In this document: in pieces, positions 1 through 14,320 of the stretch
Layout of the letters: each line of letters begins with the position of its first letter
How positions within the stretch are numbered: position 1 is the first letter of the stretch
DNA from: Camelus ferus
Lineage: Eukaryota
Assembly (NCBI RefSeq): GCF_009834535.1
Contig: NC_045696.1
Span: forward strand, 9,302,001-9,366,000
Length of the DNA stretch: 64,000 nucleotides
Reading direction: 5' to 3'
Notes under the pieces: model-generated
The model's database searches: none
Seen by the model: the letters and a program-made list of their open reading frames with translations, nothing else
Told to the model about the DNA's origin: nothing
Program-made: the position numbers and the translations under genes

Positions 1-464
1 TCCCATGCACCCCAAACTGACAGAGGAGTTCACTTGGAGGGAGGGAGGGCTGGGGAAGGAGAGGGAGAGAAGAGAGGGGGGATAGGGAAAGAACAAGAAC
101 ACCAGCTCTCCCTGCTGGAATAATAGGCTTGAAATATGAGGAAGTTGATCAACAGCTGATGCCTTCCAAAAACAGATTAATCCACCTCGGTAGCTTTCCT
201 TTCAGAGGAAGCATTCGGCTCCGTCAAGTTTCTCTCTGGGCCTAAATACAACAGGACACAGGACACATGCCATCCTGAGCTTGGAGTTACTTTGCATGTT
301 GATTTGAGAGCTTATAAATTTTAAAACATTTAATTCTTGCCTCTGCTCTGTTTTGCTGCTGTCTTCTGGGTTTGCTGACAGTCCTGGCAGCCTACAGTCC
401 TGGCCCGCTCACTTAATAATTCTGAGGAACAGAAACTACCCCGGATACCATCCTACATCCACAG

Positions 465-694
465 GGGTGGCTCTCAGCAGGGGGCGCTTTGGCCCCCTCA
501 CCCCTACTCCCAGGACATTTGGAAGGTCTGGAGACATTGCTGGTGGTCACAATGGGGGCAGTGGGGGCACTACTGACATCTGATGGGCAGAGACAAAGGA
601 TGCTGCCAAACATCCTACAGTGCACAGGACAGCCCCCCACCGCCCCAACAAACCTGGCCCCAAATGTCAACAGTGCCACTGTTGGGAAACTCTG
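465..694 (+). mobile_element. MER20 (hAT-Charlie MITE)
   Basis: ggacatttggaaggtctggagaca...ggatgctgccaaacatcctacagtgcacaggacagccccc...aaatgtcaacagtgcc...gaaactctg matches the MER20 consensus. Confidence 0.88.
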
Positions 695-1159
695 ATCTAC
701 AAGACACAGGAAACCCTTCCTGGCACCCACAACCCCTAATAGTACCCAAGGACAGCCTGTGGTTAAGAAAAATGCAGAAAGATGCAATGAAGGACAGCCA
801 AAGCCAGGCTGTGAAATGTACATGCATAATCCTAACAAAATGAGTTTTACAGACAACCTTTGCCATACCTGGTAAAACTTCAACATGTGCAGAAATGGAG
901 CACATAAATCACAGTCCTGCAGCCGTTCCTGTTAACAAGCCAGGGCCACACGTACTAGAGAATATCACATGAATTGAAGCTGTACTGTTTCTAAAAATGT
1001 GGAACTAGTCTGAAGGTAGATGTGGGGGAGAAAAAGTGATGTGGTGTTCAATGACACCCACTTACAATCACTACTATGGCATGCGTTAGGTTCAGTCACA
1101 GGAAACTGCCAATTTTTAACTGTCAGGCCTATAGAACCGGCAATTTCTTATGTATGACT

Positions 1160-1374
1160 CAACCTAAATACTATATAAAATGTATTATAATGTTACTATA
1201 TATTAATATTGTTATGACAATATTATCTATAAATATCCTATTAACATTAATCTATTGATGCATCCATTATATTAATAATTCTTCTAAGGTTATATTATTT
1301 TATGTTATATATTATTATATTACATCGTTGATCAGATTTATATTAATATATATATATTAGTATATTGATTATAT

Positions 1375-1375
<1 letters not shown>
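1160..1375. repeat. AT-rich low-complexity tract
   Basis: Degenerate (TA)n/ATT sequence. Confidence 0.8.
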
Positions 1376-2690
<1,315 letters not shown>

Positions 2691-2755
2691 CTGTAAGGCA
2701 AACAGGAAGATTCCCAGAGGGAAACTGTGAATGCTTCTGATTTAGCAATGCTGTG

Positions 2756-2761
2756 AATAAA
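2756..2761 (+). terminator. Proximal poly(A) signal candidate AATAAA
   Basis: AATAAA followed by U/GU-rich sequence (ttgtttatt, ttttgtggggtttttt). Confidence 0.6.
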
Positions 2762-5700
2762 AGAAAGATTTTATACCCTTGACTTCACTTTTTAACCAAG
2801 TTGTTTATTCCAAAGAGTATGGAATTTTTGTGGGGTTTTTTTTGAGGGGAGGAATGCAACTCATCCTGTTTAGCATCTAATTCATATTTTTAATTTTCTT
2901 TTCCAGCACCTTATAAATTGCAAAATGCGTATTTGCATTTGGGGTGGTTTTTATTTTTTATATATATAAATTTAAGCTTGCTTCTTTCTTGCTTTGACAA
3001 ATGAAAGAAATATGATTCTTTTTTCTCTAAGTTTTATTTAACTTTTCTTTTGGACTTTTGTTTTGTTTGAGAAACAGCTACAGCTTTGGGTCATTTTCAA
3101 CTACTGTATTCCCACAAGGAGTCCCTAGATATTTATGTATCTTGGTGTTTAGACACTTACTTATGTGTTGATACTTTTTTTATTATTTAAATGTACTTAT
3201 ATTAAGAAGAAAAATATCAAGTACTACATTTTTTTGTTTTGTTTTTGATAGTAGCCAAAGTTCATTGTATCACATTGAAGAAGGTTGGGAAAAAAAGGAT
3301 GGGTAATGTGATCACTCGGTTATCTAAATATTGTTTACATTAAACTCCCTTTATTATTAATCAAACGAGTTGGTAGCTAATGCAGCAATGTTTCAGTAGG
3401 CTTTTTAGATACTGAGGGTCACTCCAAAGATCTGAAGTATGGAATTTTCTGCCAAGCTCAACAAAGGGGCTCATATCTGACTCCCTGCCTTCAAAGGAAG
3501 TCAGATCTGGTTCCAGAGGTTTCGGGCAAATGCCAATGATTGCACCCCTGGAGAGGATTTATTTTTTGCCTAGGGGTTTGCTCACTCCATGGCCTGTTGA
3601 TAATGTCAGACATGCTTTGTAACAGACGGAATCCAAAGTTAGCTATGTGGAGGAGCGGTATCCACATGGGAACCGAATGAATGAATTTAGGGGTTCCTTA
3701 ACTGCTCAGTTCTAGGGTGGGAAGGAGATCGTCTGAATCCAGAGTTCAGACGTTTTATTTCCAAGAAAATATTCCTCTTTGATGCATTACCTGTGCATTG
3801 ATGCAAAACAAAACTTGTGACTGCCCCCCAAGGCTGGGAGTGGAAATGACTAGACTGCATGCCTTTGACAGCTGAAGGTCTCCAACTCAGTTTTCATAGG
3901 GTGGGCCCAGAAGCAGGCCTGAACAAGCCAAATCCCCTCTGTGTGCCTCAGTGGAGTCACATGGGAGAGCATCGTCCCACCTGTGCAGGCCCCATCCCAC
4001 GCTGCTCGTTCACCGCCTAACTTTGCGTGACTCTCACCAGGCTGAGACCCTACCCTACAGGGTGTGTGCACTTTTACCCATGCCTCTGCGTGACGGGAAG
4101 GGTTCGAGTCAGTGCTGCCTATGGCTACAATTCAAACATATCCAATGTCACTGTAAATTTTATGGCACTATTTTTATTGGAGGATTTGGTCTGAATGCAG
4201 TTGTTGTATAGCTCATAAATACTAACTGCTGATTGTGACATGTGTGCTCAAAATGATCTGGTTGTTATTTAATGTACCTCTTAAATTAGTTGAAACGATT
4301 TCAGGTCAACTCTAAAGAGTATTTGAAAGCAGGACTTCAGAACAGTGTTTGATTTTTATTTTATAAATTTAAGGATTCAAATTAGAAAGATCTTTGGCTG
4401 CAGGCAGCAAAACAGCTGGTCTTATTTAAAACAACTTGTTTTTGAGTTTTCTTATATATATATATATATATTGATTATTTGTTTTACACAGATGCAGTAG
4501 CACTTTGGTAAGAGTTAGAGTAAAGCAATTTGTGTTGGCAGTCAGGTTGTTCTTACCTAGAAAAGAGCTAAAGCAGATCTTGGAGAAACTCAGAATATAT
4601 TTATTTTCATTTCAGACATAATTCTCTCTCCACAATTCAATTTCATATTTTATTCTATATTACCTTTTTACAGCAAAATTACCCTTAAATGGCACTAAAT
4701 TTAAAATTTTTTTACATCTGAATAGGACCATTAGCCCATTTACCCCAAATTGAACTTAAATGTTCTTTTCAGCATGTTGTCTTATCTAACATGACAAAAT
4801 GTTGGTTAAAAAAAAAATGAAGGGGAAAAAAATATGTATTTTTCAGTTCAATTCTGGTACCTGAGGCTATCCGAAGTCAAACTCAGCCAAATGCCCAAGG
4901 GAAATCAGATCATCTCTCACACTGAATCTTCACTCTCAAAGCGTGTCTGAGGAGGGCTTGTCATTTTGTTGCAGACCCTATGGGTTTGGCCATCCAGAGT
5001 TTCGCAGACCCTTACCAGCATATACAGTATTTAATCTTTCCAAAAAAAAAAAAAAAAAGTCAAACCCTGGTAGTTTTGGAGATAGGTCTCATACTTAATG
5101 CGTTTTTTTCCTGAGGAATTCCATTCTATTGCCTTCAGGTAAATTAAGTGGTCCTTTTATCAAGTACATCCTTAAGCCAATAATGGAATAACTGGATGTA
5201 TCTGGGAACATTGGTCCAGAAGAAGAAAGATTAAATAAGCCATCTCTACTGCTTGTTCATGCCCTTATTTATAATTTCAACATAGACACAGATTTCAGTT
5301 ATTTTCTCTAAAAATACTTAATTTCTCTTCCTCTCTGATCCCTAGTATCTCCCTCTTTCTCTCTTCCCCTTCCTCCTCCAAAAGCTCACCTCTCCCCTCC
5401 TCCATTCTCCAGCTTTGTGTAAGGAGACAGCACACCCCACCCCCACCCCAACACCAGGCAAGGAACAGGAGGAGCTGCACTGTTCCTCCCTTTACAGTAA
5501 AGGAACTTAGTGAGTCAGCCTTTCTCCCGCGTATGGGTTTCTTCCTGCAGAACTTTGCCAGCCATTTTGGATCTGCTTGCTTTCCAAGTGCAGCAATAGA
5601 AGTCTTCCTGGGCAAATTATAATCAGTGAGTTAACAGACAGCCCTTCTGCTACCTAGGATTTCTAGGCAGATAAACAGAAATGCTCTGATTAGAAAGGAA

Positions 5701-6323
5701 ATGAATGGTTTTGCTCAAATGTCCTGCAATTTAGGATTGCAGATTTCTGTCTTGAAATACCTGTTTCCTTGGGACATTCCGTCCTGGTGAGTTTTATTTT
5801 TGGAGGTTTTTGTTTTCTGAGGGGGATGACATGTTTGGGGTCTTTTATTGGTTTAACAATAATCTCAGAAAACATTTTTTACATCTGAACAAAATGCCTT
5901 TTTGTTTACTTGCAGTATACAGTTTTTTGGGGTTTTCTGTTTGTCTGTTTGTTTGTTTGGAGTTTTCCCCTCCCTTTTAGCCAGATCAGTATTGATGAGG
6001 CTGATCATTTGGCATTTTTTTTTTCTTCCAGAAGAGTTGCATCAACAAAGTTAATTGTATTTATGTATGTAAATAGATTTTAAGCTTCATTATAAAATAT
6101 TGTTAATACCTGTAATAATTTTTTTTCAATTTTTTTGTGTGTTTCTAAGGACTTTTTCTTATGTTTGCTAAATACCATAGACAAAAAATGCTTCTTTCTA
6201 CTCTGTTTATTTTAGACTTAAAAATGAGCTACTTTTTATTCACTTTTGTAAAGAGCTAATAGCATGGTTCCAATTTTTTTTAAGGAAGTTCACTTTTTGT
6301 TCTGGGGAAATGAGTATGCAAAA

Positions 6324-6391
6324 AATAAAGAACTGTTGGTTATTTGTGCTATTCTGGATGTATAAAAATTAATGGAAAAAAAAACAATAAA
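6324..6391 (+). terminator. Two alternative poly(A) signal candidates (AATAAA at 6324-6329 and 6386-6391)
   Basis: Hexamers at the end of a long AU-rich block that contains TGTA motifs. Confidence 0.55.
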
Positions 6392-6870
6392 CTTCCAAAT
6401 TGAAATGACAGTATAACACATCTATTGAAAAGTAACCACGGGAAATGCCGTCCTGCTTGGCTAGGCCCCACCTCATGTCTGTTTGTGTAGCAGTTACTGC
6501 ACCTGTTCACAAAGCATCCTGGAAGTTTGTGTGTGGTTTCTTTCTCCCTGGTACTGACAGCCATAGAGAACACTTTCTGCAAGGGAACTGTCAATGTCAA
6601 GTTTTAAACCAGATACATTATGAGAGAACACCCAAGAAGCCCCTCTCCAAGGTGTTTCTAGCTAGCACAGGAGAGCAGACACCCATCGTGCATGGTCCGC
6701 TGCACGTAGCCGGCGTGGCCGCCCCCCGCCGGGAGCACCTGCCGGGAGCGCCCACTGCGCCCAGCCTGTGCAGGGCAGCTGGACTGCTGCTGCCCAGGAA
6801 CCATTGGAGCCTTACTTTCTTTGTACCACAGTTTCTTCTGTAAATCCAATATTATAAGTAGCGAATGGCA

Positions 6871-6876
6871 AATAAA
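6871..6876 (+). terminator. Distal poly(A) signal AATAAA
   Basis: Upstream TGTA motifs and downstream GU-rich ttggtttgtctttct; coincides with the recalled end of the human mRNA. Confidence 0.75.
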
Positions 6877-7594
6877 CAGTTTGGCAAGTACGTACACAGT
6901 ATCACATTGGTTTGTCTTTCTCTGAGATGGAGGGCTGGGAAGCCGAGTGAAGCCCCCTGCGACAGACAGGAAAATGCCTTCAACAGGCAGCCGCTCTCGG
7001 GCTCGCAGCCTGCAAGCTGCAGTCTGCGCCTCCGCCTCCCAGCGCCTCCTGCTCCTGACGGCATCGTGGCCTCGGTCCAGCCCAGGCTCCCCGGGTTGCT
7101 TCTTTGGGTATGAAGGAACACTGAAGCATCTTTAATGACTGTTTTTTAAAAAAGAAAAAAGAAAAACAAAATTGCTTAGGATCTGCAGACACAAGGTGGA
7201 AAGGGGGTACGTTCAACCTGAGGCCAGCCCCCCTTACCTGCCTCCATTTCTGTAAATTACAGAGTCAGCCTTGAGTAGTGATGGGGAGGTGTTTATAAAG
7301 TCTTCCCTGACCACCACCCCTGTGCAAAGGAGCAGTAGTATTTCAGTCTCAAGGCTGTGTTATCCACAGTACCTCCCAGACAAGGACTCCACCTAAATCT
7401 CCTTTCCAGTTCTCGCCACTGCCACCTCATGGTCTTAAATAATCTGCAAGATCACCACAACGAATGTCAGGAACCAAAGCAAGCGGGATCAAAAGAAATG
7501 ACTGATGTAGGAAGTAACGGCTAATGAGCAGAGGCAGGAAATGGGTGGAAGGATTAGTCATATACGTTCAGAAAAGGAGCCTCATGGAGCCTCT

Positions 7595-7798
7595 AAAAGC
7601 ATGTACTCAGGAGCCAGACTGCCTGGGTTTGAGCTCCAGCTCAGTCTTGCATGAGGGAACAAGTCAAACCAGTGGCCTACTGTTTCTCACCCATAAAATA
7701 GAAATAATACCGCTTTAAGTTATGAAATTTAAATAAGTTAACACATATCCAACACTTCAAAAACTGCTTGGCACACAATATATGCTCAATAACTGTTA
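7595..7798 (+). mobile_element. MIR SINE
   Basis: ggagccagactgcctgggtttgagctccagctc...tttctcacccataaaat...tggcacacaatatatgctcaataa. Confidence 0.8.
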
Positions 7799-8129
7799 AA
7801 TACATACACAAAGTGATACTGCACATTATTAAAAATATAAACAATACCAAAAAGTTAAAATGCCTCCCATTTCGCTCAATCAATACTTTTCCATTACTAT
7901 TCACTGTTTTGTGTTCATCAGTCCAGACTTTTTCTATACCCATAGTCTATGCCACATTTCATCTACACCCATGCAAAAAGGTACCATATGGTACATATTG
8001 CATGGCTCTCTCACTTAATATACAGTGAGCCCCCTTCCACATCAGCCCGCTTAGATCTCCTTCATCATTTTTAATGACTGCGCTGCACAGAATTTTATGG
8101 TTGCCTTAGTAATGGATTCCCTTGGACAT

Positions 8130-8542
8130 GGGACTGCCTGGGAAAAAGACCACCATCTCCCAGCCTCCTTTGCAGCTTGGTGTCCCACGTGACAAATTTC
8201 TGGTCAATGTTATCTAAATCGAGGTGGGATGCGGCAGCTCCCAGAAAACCTCCCTAAAGGAAAGCTGGTGTGCATACCTCGCCCCTTCCTCTTCATCCCT
8301 TCCCCAGCCCTGCTGCCTAGAATGAGGAGGTGATGATTAGAGGGAGCGAGCCACATCCCAAGAAGGGCAGATGGCGTTGGAATGAGCCTAGTCCGATGAC
8401 TTTGTGGAGCCCTCATCCCCTCCCTGGGCTGCCTGCGCCTGGATTCATCTACATGAAAGAACACTAAACATTTATCTCTCACTTAAGCCACTCATCTACG
8501 GGGTTTTCAGTCATTGCGGACAAACTTAATCCTAATGACACA
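8130..8542 (+). mobile_element. Old MaLR LTR (MLT1J/K-like)
   Basis: ctcccagcctcctttgcagc...cacgtgac...ttaagccact...aatcctaatgacaca. Confidence 0.6.
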
Positions 8543-9063
8543 CACATGGTGGTTTCTGCGGGGTCACATCCTGCAGAAGCACTGATCACAGGAAGAAATG
8601 CTTTCTCTTCTCCCAAACTCTGGTTCCTTCCAGGTTATTAAGGGCCTTTCAGAGTGTTCAGGGATACAAAGTCGTGAGGAAGTGAGAGGGAGTAGCAGGG
8701 TACCTTCAGAACCTACCATGATGAACAGCTGGGTGTCCTCACAGACAGTCCATCCCTAACTCTGCCCTGAGGTTTGTGACCACTCCGAATGCCCAGGTCA
8801 GCTCGCCAGAAGTCACTGTGCCTGTAATCCATTTGCCTGGTAGTTTTTACCTTAAAATTCAATCTAGCCTCAAAGGTTTTTGCATTCTTTTCCATGTCCG
8901 ATCCTCACTTGCCATCCTAGTTTTTAAACTGTTAAATTTGTCTAAGGGCAATTTTAACTTTTTTTTAATCTTTGGCAAGCAGTCATCAAATTTGCAGCAT
9001 TTTATGCATAATTAAAAAATGTAGTGTTCTTTTTTTCCTTATGAATAAATGAGGGACTTTTTA

Positions 9064-10332
9064 AAAATCTATTTTTACATATAGTTGCTAACATTTGTAA
9101 ATTTCAAACTCCCAAATTTATCCCCTCCCACCCTCTTTCCCTGGTAACCATAACATTGTTTACTAAGTCTGAGAGTCTGTTTCTGTTTTGTTGATGAGTT
9201 CATAGTGTCCTTTTTTTTTTTATAGGTTCCACATAGGAGTGATATCATATGGTATTTTTCTTTCTCTTTCTGGCTTACTTCACTTAGAATGACAATCTCT
9301 AGGTCCATCCATGTTGCTGCAAATGGTATTATTTTATTCTTTTTTATGGCAGAGTAGTATTCCATTGTATAAATATACCACAACTTCTTTATCCAGTCAT
9401 CTGTCGATGGACATTTAGGTTGCTTCCATGTCTTAGCTATTGTATATAGTGCTGCTGTGAACACTGGAGTGCGTGTATCTTTTCATATTAGAGTTCCCTC
9501 CAGATACATACCCAGAAGTGGGACTACTAGATCATATGGTAAGTCTATTTTCAGTTTTTTGAAGAATCTCCGTACTGTTTTTGATAATGGTTGCACCAAA
9601 CTACATTCCCACCAGCAGTGTTGGAGGGTTCCCTTTTCTCCACACCCTCTCCAGCATTTATTGTTTGTGGACTTTTGAATGGTGGCCATTCTGACTGGTG
9701 TGAGGTGATACCTCATTGTAGTTTTGATTTGCATTTCTCTGTGCAGAGAGATTTGCATTTCTTTATTAGTGATATTCATATGTCTATTGGCCATTACTAT
9801 GTCTTCACTGGAGAAATGCTTGTTTAGGTCTTCTGCCCATTTTTGGATTGGGTTGTTTGTTTTTTTGTTATTAGGTTGTTTGAGCTGTTTATATATTCTA
9901 GAAATTAAGCCTTTGTTGGTCACATCATTTGCAAATATTTTCTCCCATTCCATAGGTTGTCATTTTGTTTTGCTTCTGGTTTCCTTTGCTTTGCAAAAGC
10001 TTATGAGTTTAATTAGGTCCCATTTGTTAATTTTTGCTCTTATTTCCATTGCCTGGGTAGACTGCCCTAGGACAACATTGCTAAGATTTATGTCAGAGAA
10101 TATTTTGCCTATGTTTTCTTCTAGGAGATTTATTGTGTCTTGTCTTATATTTAAATCTTTAAGCCATTTTGAGTTTATTTTTGTGTATGGAGTGAGGGAG
10201 TGTTCTAACTTCATTGATTTACATGCTGCTATCCAATTTTCCCAACACCATTTGCTGAAGAGACTGTCTTTTCTCCACTGTATATTCTTGCCTCCTTTGT
10301 CAAAGATTAATTGGCCACAGGTCTGTGGATTT
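9064..10332 (-). mobile_element. Young 5'-truncated LINE-1 (ORF2 C-terminus plus partial 3' UTR) with perfect TSD
   Basis: Minus-strand ORFs 9075-9464, 9483-9953 and 9960-10214 encode L1 ORF2 segments ([38 protein letters not shown]). Flanking identity taaatgagggacttttta at 9046-9063 and 10333-10350. Confidence 0.95.
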
Positions 10333-10749
10333 TAAATGAGGGACTTTTTAGCCAGTTTTTCTAAAGATCATTTTCTCAAATGTTAAACAACGTTGGTTTT
10401 TATTTTTTAATTTAGTTTTATTCAGTTATGTTGCTTTGTTTCGTTAAAAGCTTCCAAACTGATGCAAAACTTTCAAAGAGGTGAATTTGAAGAGAACTGG
10501 CCATGAGATGATTGATCATTAGGCAGGCTTTCTGTGGACTGGCTTTGGGTGATATGATTGCCTTCTTCCACATAACACATTTCCAGAATCTGTGCTCAAA
10601 TGACTTGAAACCCCCAAGCCCCAGCTTCCACTCAGATAAGGTATAGATAAGAATGTCCATTTAACCATTTTGAACAAGAAATATGTTTGGCCAAAAAACA
10701 AAAAGGAAGAGAACAGAACATATCGAAGGGGCTGAGAAGTGACTACAAT

Positions 10750-11335
10750 GCTCACAGTTCACAGTCGGGAGTATAAATTAGTTTAACCACTTTGGAAACT
10801 AATTTTTCTTTACTCTCAAAAACCTGAACACCAACTTACCCAAAGTTCCAACATTTCTACGACTAGAAAAATACTCCGTAAATTCTCTTCCTATGTACCA
10901 GGAGATGTGCACAAATGCTAACAGCAGCACTGACTCTGGTAGCAAAAACTGGAAATGACCCAAATGTGCACTGCAAAAGAATGGAAGAATAAGTTGTGTT
11001 TTATTCTTACAATGGAATAGTATTTGGATATGGAAATGAAGGCACTACCGTTGCATGTAACAAGATAAATTATAGGGGGAAAACAAAAGAATATATAGGG
11101 CATAAGTCTTTTTATAAAAGATTCAAAAGCAGGCAAAACTCAATAATTATTTTTTAGACACTCATACAGAGGTCTTATAAGAAAATTGGGGAATGAGTAA
11201 CACAAAATTCAAGATACCTAGTTACATTTGGTGAGTGAGCGGAGGGACACTTAGGAGATTCTGGGATGTAGTTATGTTCTGTTTCTTAGCTTAGGTGGTG
11301 AATATGCATATTTGTTTTATTATTTTTTATAAAAT
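10750..11335 (+). mobile_element. Ancient L1M(C/E) 3' fragment
   Basis: gggagtataaattagtttaaccactttggaaa...gcaaaaactggaaatgacccaaatgt...aaaagcaggcaaaact. Confidence 0.7.
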
Positions 11336-14320
11336 TTGGTTCAAGTAGACACCAAATGAGATCAAGATTCACTTTTGGATCAACAGAGTGTGCTCCAGTC
11401 TGAGGTCCCAATGGATTCCAAAATCCAAACTGTCATATGACAAATACATACCTGTGGTCACCATGGGAAACAGGTAAAAGAATATATGACTGCTGTTGGA
11501 ACCACAAATCAGATCTCCCATTCCAGTGCCTGTGATTCGTATATGCAAGGTGAGGGGAATCTATTTCTTCTCAAGGATGGATCATCTGGGTCAGGGGAAG
11601 AGAAAACACCAACGTGCTGTTGAGACTGAAAGTAGCCATGAGTGTAAGTTACATAGTTATCTGACTTCTTTTGAATGTCTCCTGACAAGCAGCATCCTCA
11701 AAGCCCTGCCAATGGCTCTGGAGTTACTTATGAGCCCTCTCTATTTGCTCCATGAAACAGAGGAAATAGGCGTGTTGTCCACAGATTAACTCTCCAGATG
11801 TGGTTAATGATTTCAATACCAAAGAAGGCATACATACATGTGGGTGGCACTGAGAGGTAGGAGATAGTTGGAGACCCTTCATCAAAGTAAAAGAAGGTGG
11901 CAACAACCACAAATTTAATTTGGAAACAAAACATTCTTTCTTTTGATTTCAACTGTCTCTTTCTTTCTTCATAAATACCTCATGTCTGTGTAATGATTGG
12001 TTCAAGCTCCACTTAAAAAAACAAGCCCTTAGCAAGGTTTCAATTCATTGGTTAACAAGGAGGGAAGAAAGCTTGCTTGGTACTGTAAAAAGTTTGATGT
12101 AATTTCCCTCCCCCTGGCCTCTTTTTGTCTAACCTGCAAACTCCTGCAGTCCTAAGACTCTGCTTGGATTTTCTCCCAGTGTTTGAATACATAAATATAG
12201 GCCTGCAAGTGCACTGCCCTGTTTATGAGCCTTTTAAAGATCAAAGAGTCATTTTCAGCTCTTGGGCTTGTCACTTTAAAACATTCTATACTTTACCATT
12301 TAACGGGTAGTTCTTTCAGAATGTCCATTATGCTCTTCCCATCTTAACACCGAGTCCTACAGTTTGTGTAAAGAAGTGACTTTAATGGAGGATTCAACGC
12401 TATTTCCAACATGTTAAAAGGCCCAGCGCCTCCCTTTAATGGAGCTGAATTTTAAAGGGTGCAGGTCTGAGTCTCCATATGTATCATTCTGAAGATGCCA
12501 TAACTCTGATTCAAAATTGGCTGGTCACATTGACAAAAGAAACCATCACAATGTCAGGAAAAAGATAAGAGCATACAAAACACCATTTTGCTAGGTGTTG
12601 CCAGAACTTGAAGTGTAAAGAATGGCTTCAAAGTCATGCAGAGCCTGAGAGCCAGGTCACATTGCTCAACAGTCATGGTCCCTACATGTTTACCTGGTGT
12701 CTTCTTGGCAACATCTTGATATTCAACACTGAGTTCAAATCTGAACTTTGGGACTATTGAAGTATTTCTTACACGGACTAAATCGACTGTGGGACGAATA
12801 AGCAGAAGCATAAAACTGGTGGATAAACAAATGCCAGAAGCTTTGAGTTTTAACTGATGCATTTCCTGAAATTATAAATGTAATTTAGGATTTCACAGAC
12901 CTGGTTCTCAGAAGTATACCTGGCTACCTATTCTGAAGTTAGAAGATTAGTGCATTCAGATGTGAAATATTGATTTTGAAAGATTTCTTCCTCCAGCAAA
13001 GGTGGACCAGTGTGTTGGAAATCAACATTCTCATAGCTAAAGAATAAAAAAACTTCAAAGTGTGTGTGTGTATTTGAAGACATCAAACCAAGGTAGCAGG
13101 GACTTAAAGAACCACTATCCTAAAAGCATACACAGCATTAAATTATCTCAAAATGTTTTTATACACAATGCTTAGTGTTCAATTGACAATTACTTGATGC
13201 ACCAAAAGACATAAACAAATAACTGAAAGCCAAGAGAGAGCACAGATAAAAGAAATAGTCCCACAGGAGTTATCAGATATGGACCTCAAAATATATGTGA
13301 TTAATAAATGCAAGAAATGTAAATGGCTATGTGTTGATCCTCAGCAAAAGAAAAAGTGAACATTCTACAATGGAAAAGTACTTGAATGAAAATTAAGAAT
13401 TAAGAACCTAACCAATGAATTTAATAGCAAATGAGAAACAACTGAAGAAAGGATTAGTAAACTGGAAGATAGGTCAAAAGCAATTCTCAGACTGAAATAC
13501 AGAGTTAAAAAAAAAAAGTATGTATGAGACAGAACATAAGAGACATAAGGTGCATGGTGAAAGGTCTAATACACATGTAATCAAAATTCTAGGAGAAGAT
13601 AAAGAAAACAGGTAAATACAGTATTTAAAGACATGACATCTAAGAAATTTCCACAACAAATGGCATCAAGCCACAGATTTAAAAATATTACAAAAAAGGC
13701 ACGCAACATAAATACTAAAAAAAGTACACCTAGGAGGTACATCACAGTAAAATTATTGAAAACTGAAAACAAAGGGAAAAAAACTCTTAAAATCATCCAG
13801 AGAGAGAAAAAAGATGTATTACCTTCAAACAAACGATCACAAGACTGACAGATAACTTTTAAACAGAAAAAGTAGAAGCTAGGAAGTAATGGAGCAGTGT
13901 CTTCCACACGATGAAAGAGAATAACTACAAGCTTAGAGCTCTTTACTCAGTCAAAATGTATTTTTAAGTGATAGAATAAAGACAGTTTCAGATAAAAACA
14001 GAAAATTTGTCACCAAATAGGACTACATTACAGAACAAGTACAAACACAGATCTTTGGGTAGAAGAAAATGAGTCCACATGGGAACATACAATGGGATGA
14101 AGACCAATGGAAATGGTAAAATGCATGGGTATAAAGCACTAATAATGTCTTTGAGGTTTAACAAATATAGAGAAAATTAAAATATGTTCTGATAATAACA
14201 CTAAAACCAGAAAGAAAGTCAAGGTGTCCCATGGTCCTTGCATCATCCATGAGTGATAAAAAATACTAACTTACAGTAGATTTCAATGTCCAAGATTCAT
14301 GTTGTGATCTAGAGTAACCA

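Noticed and set aside
9724..10335. Hydrophobic 203-aa plus-strand ORF
   Set aside because: Antisense frame of L1 ORF2.
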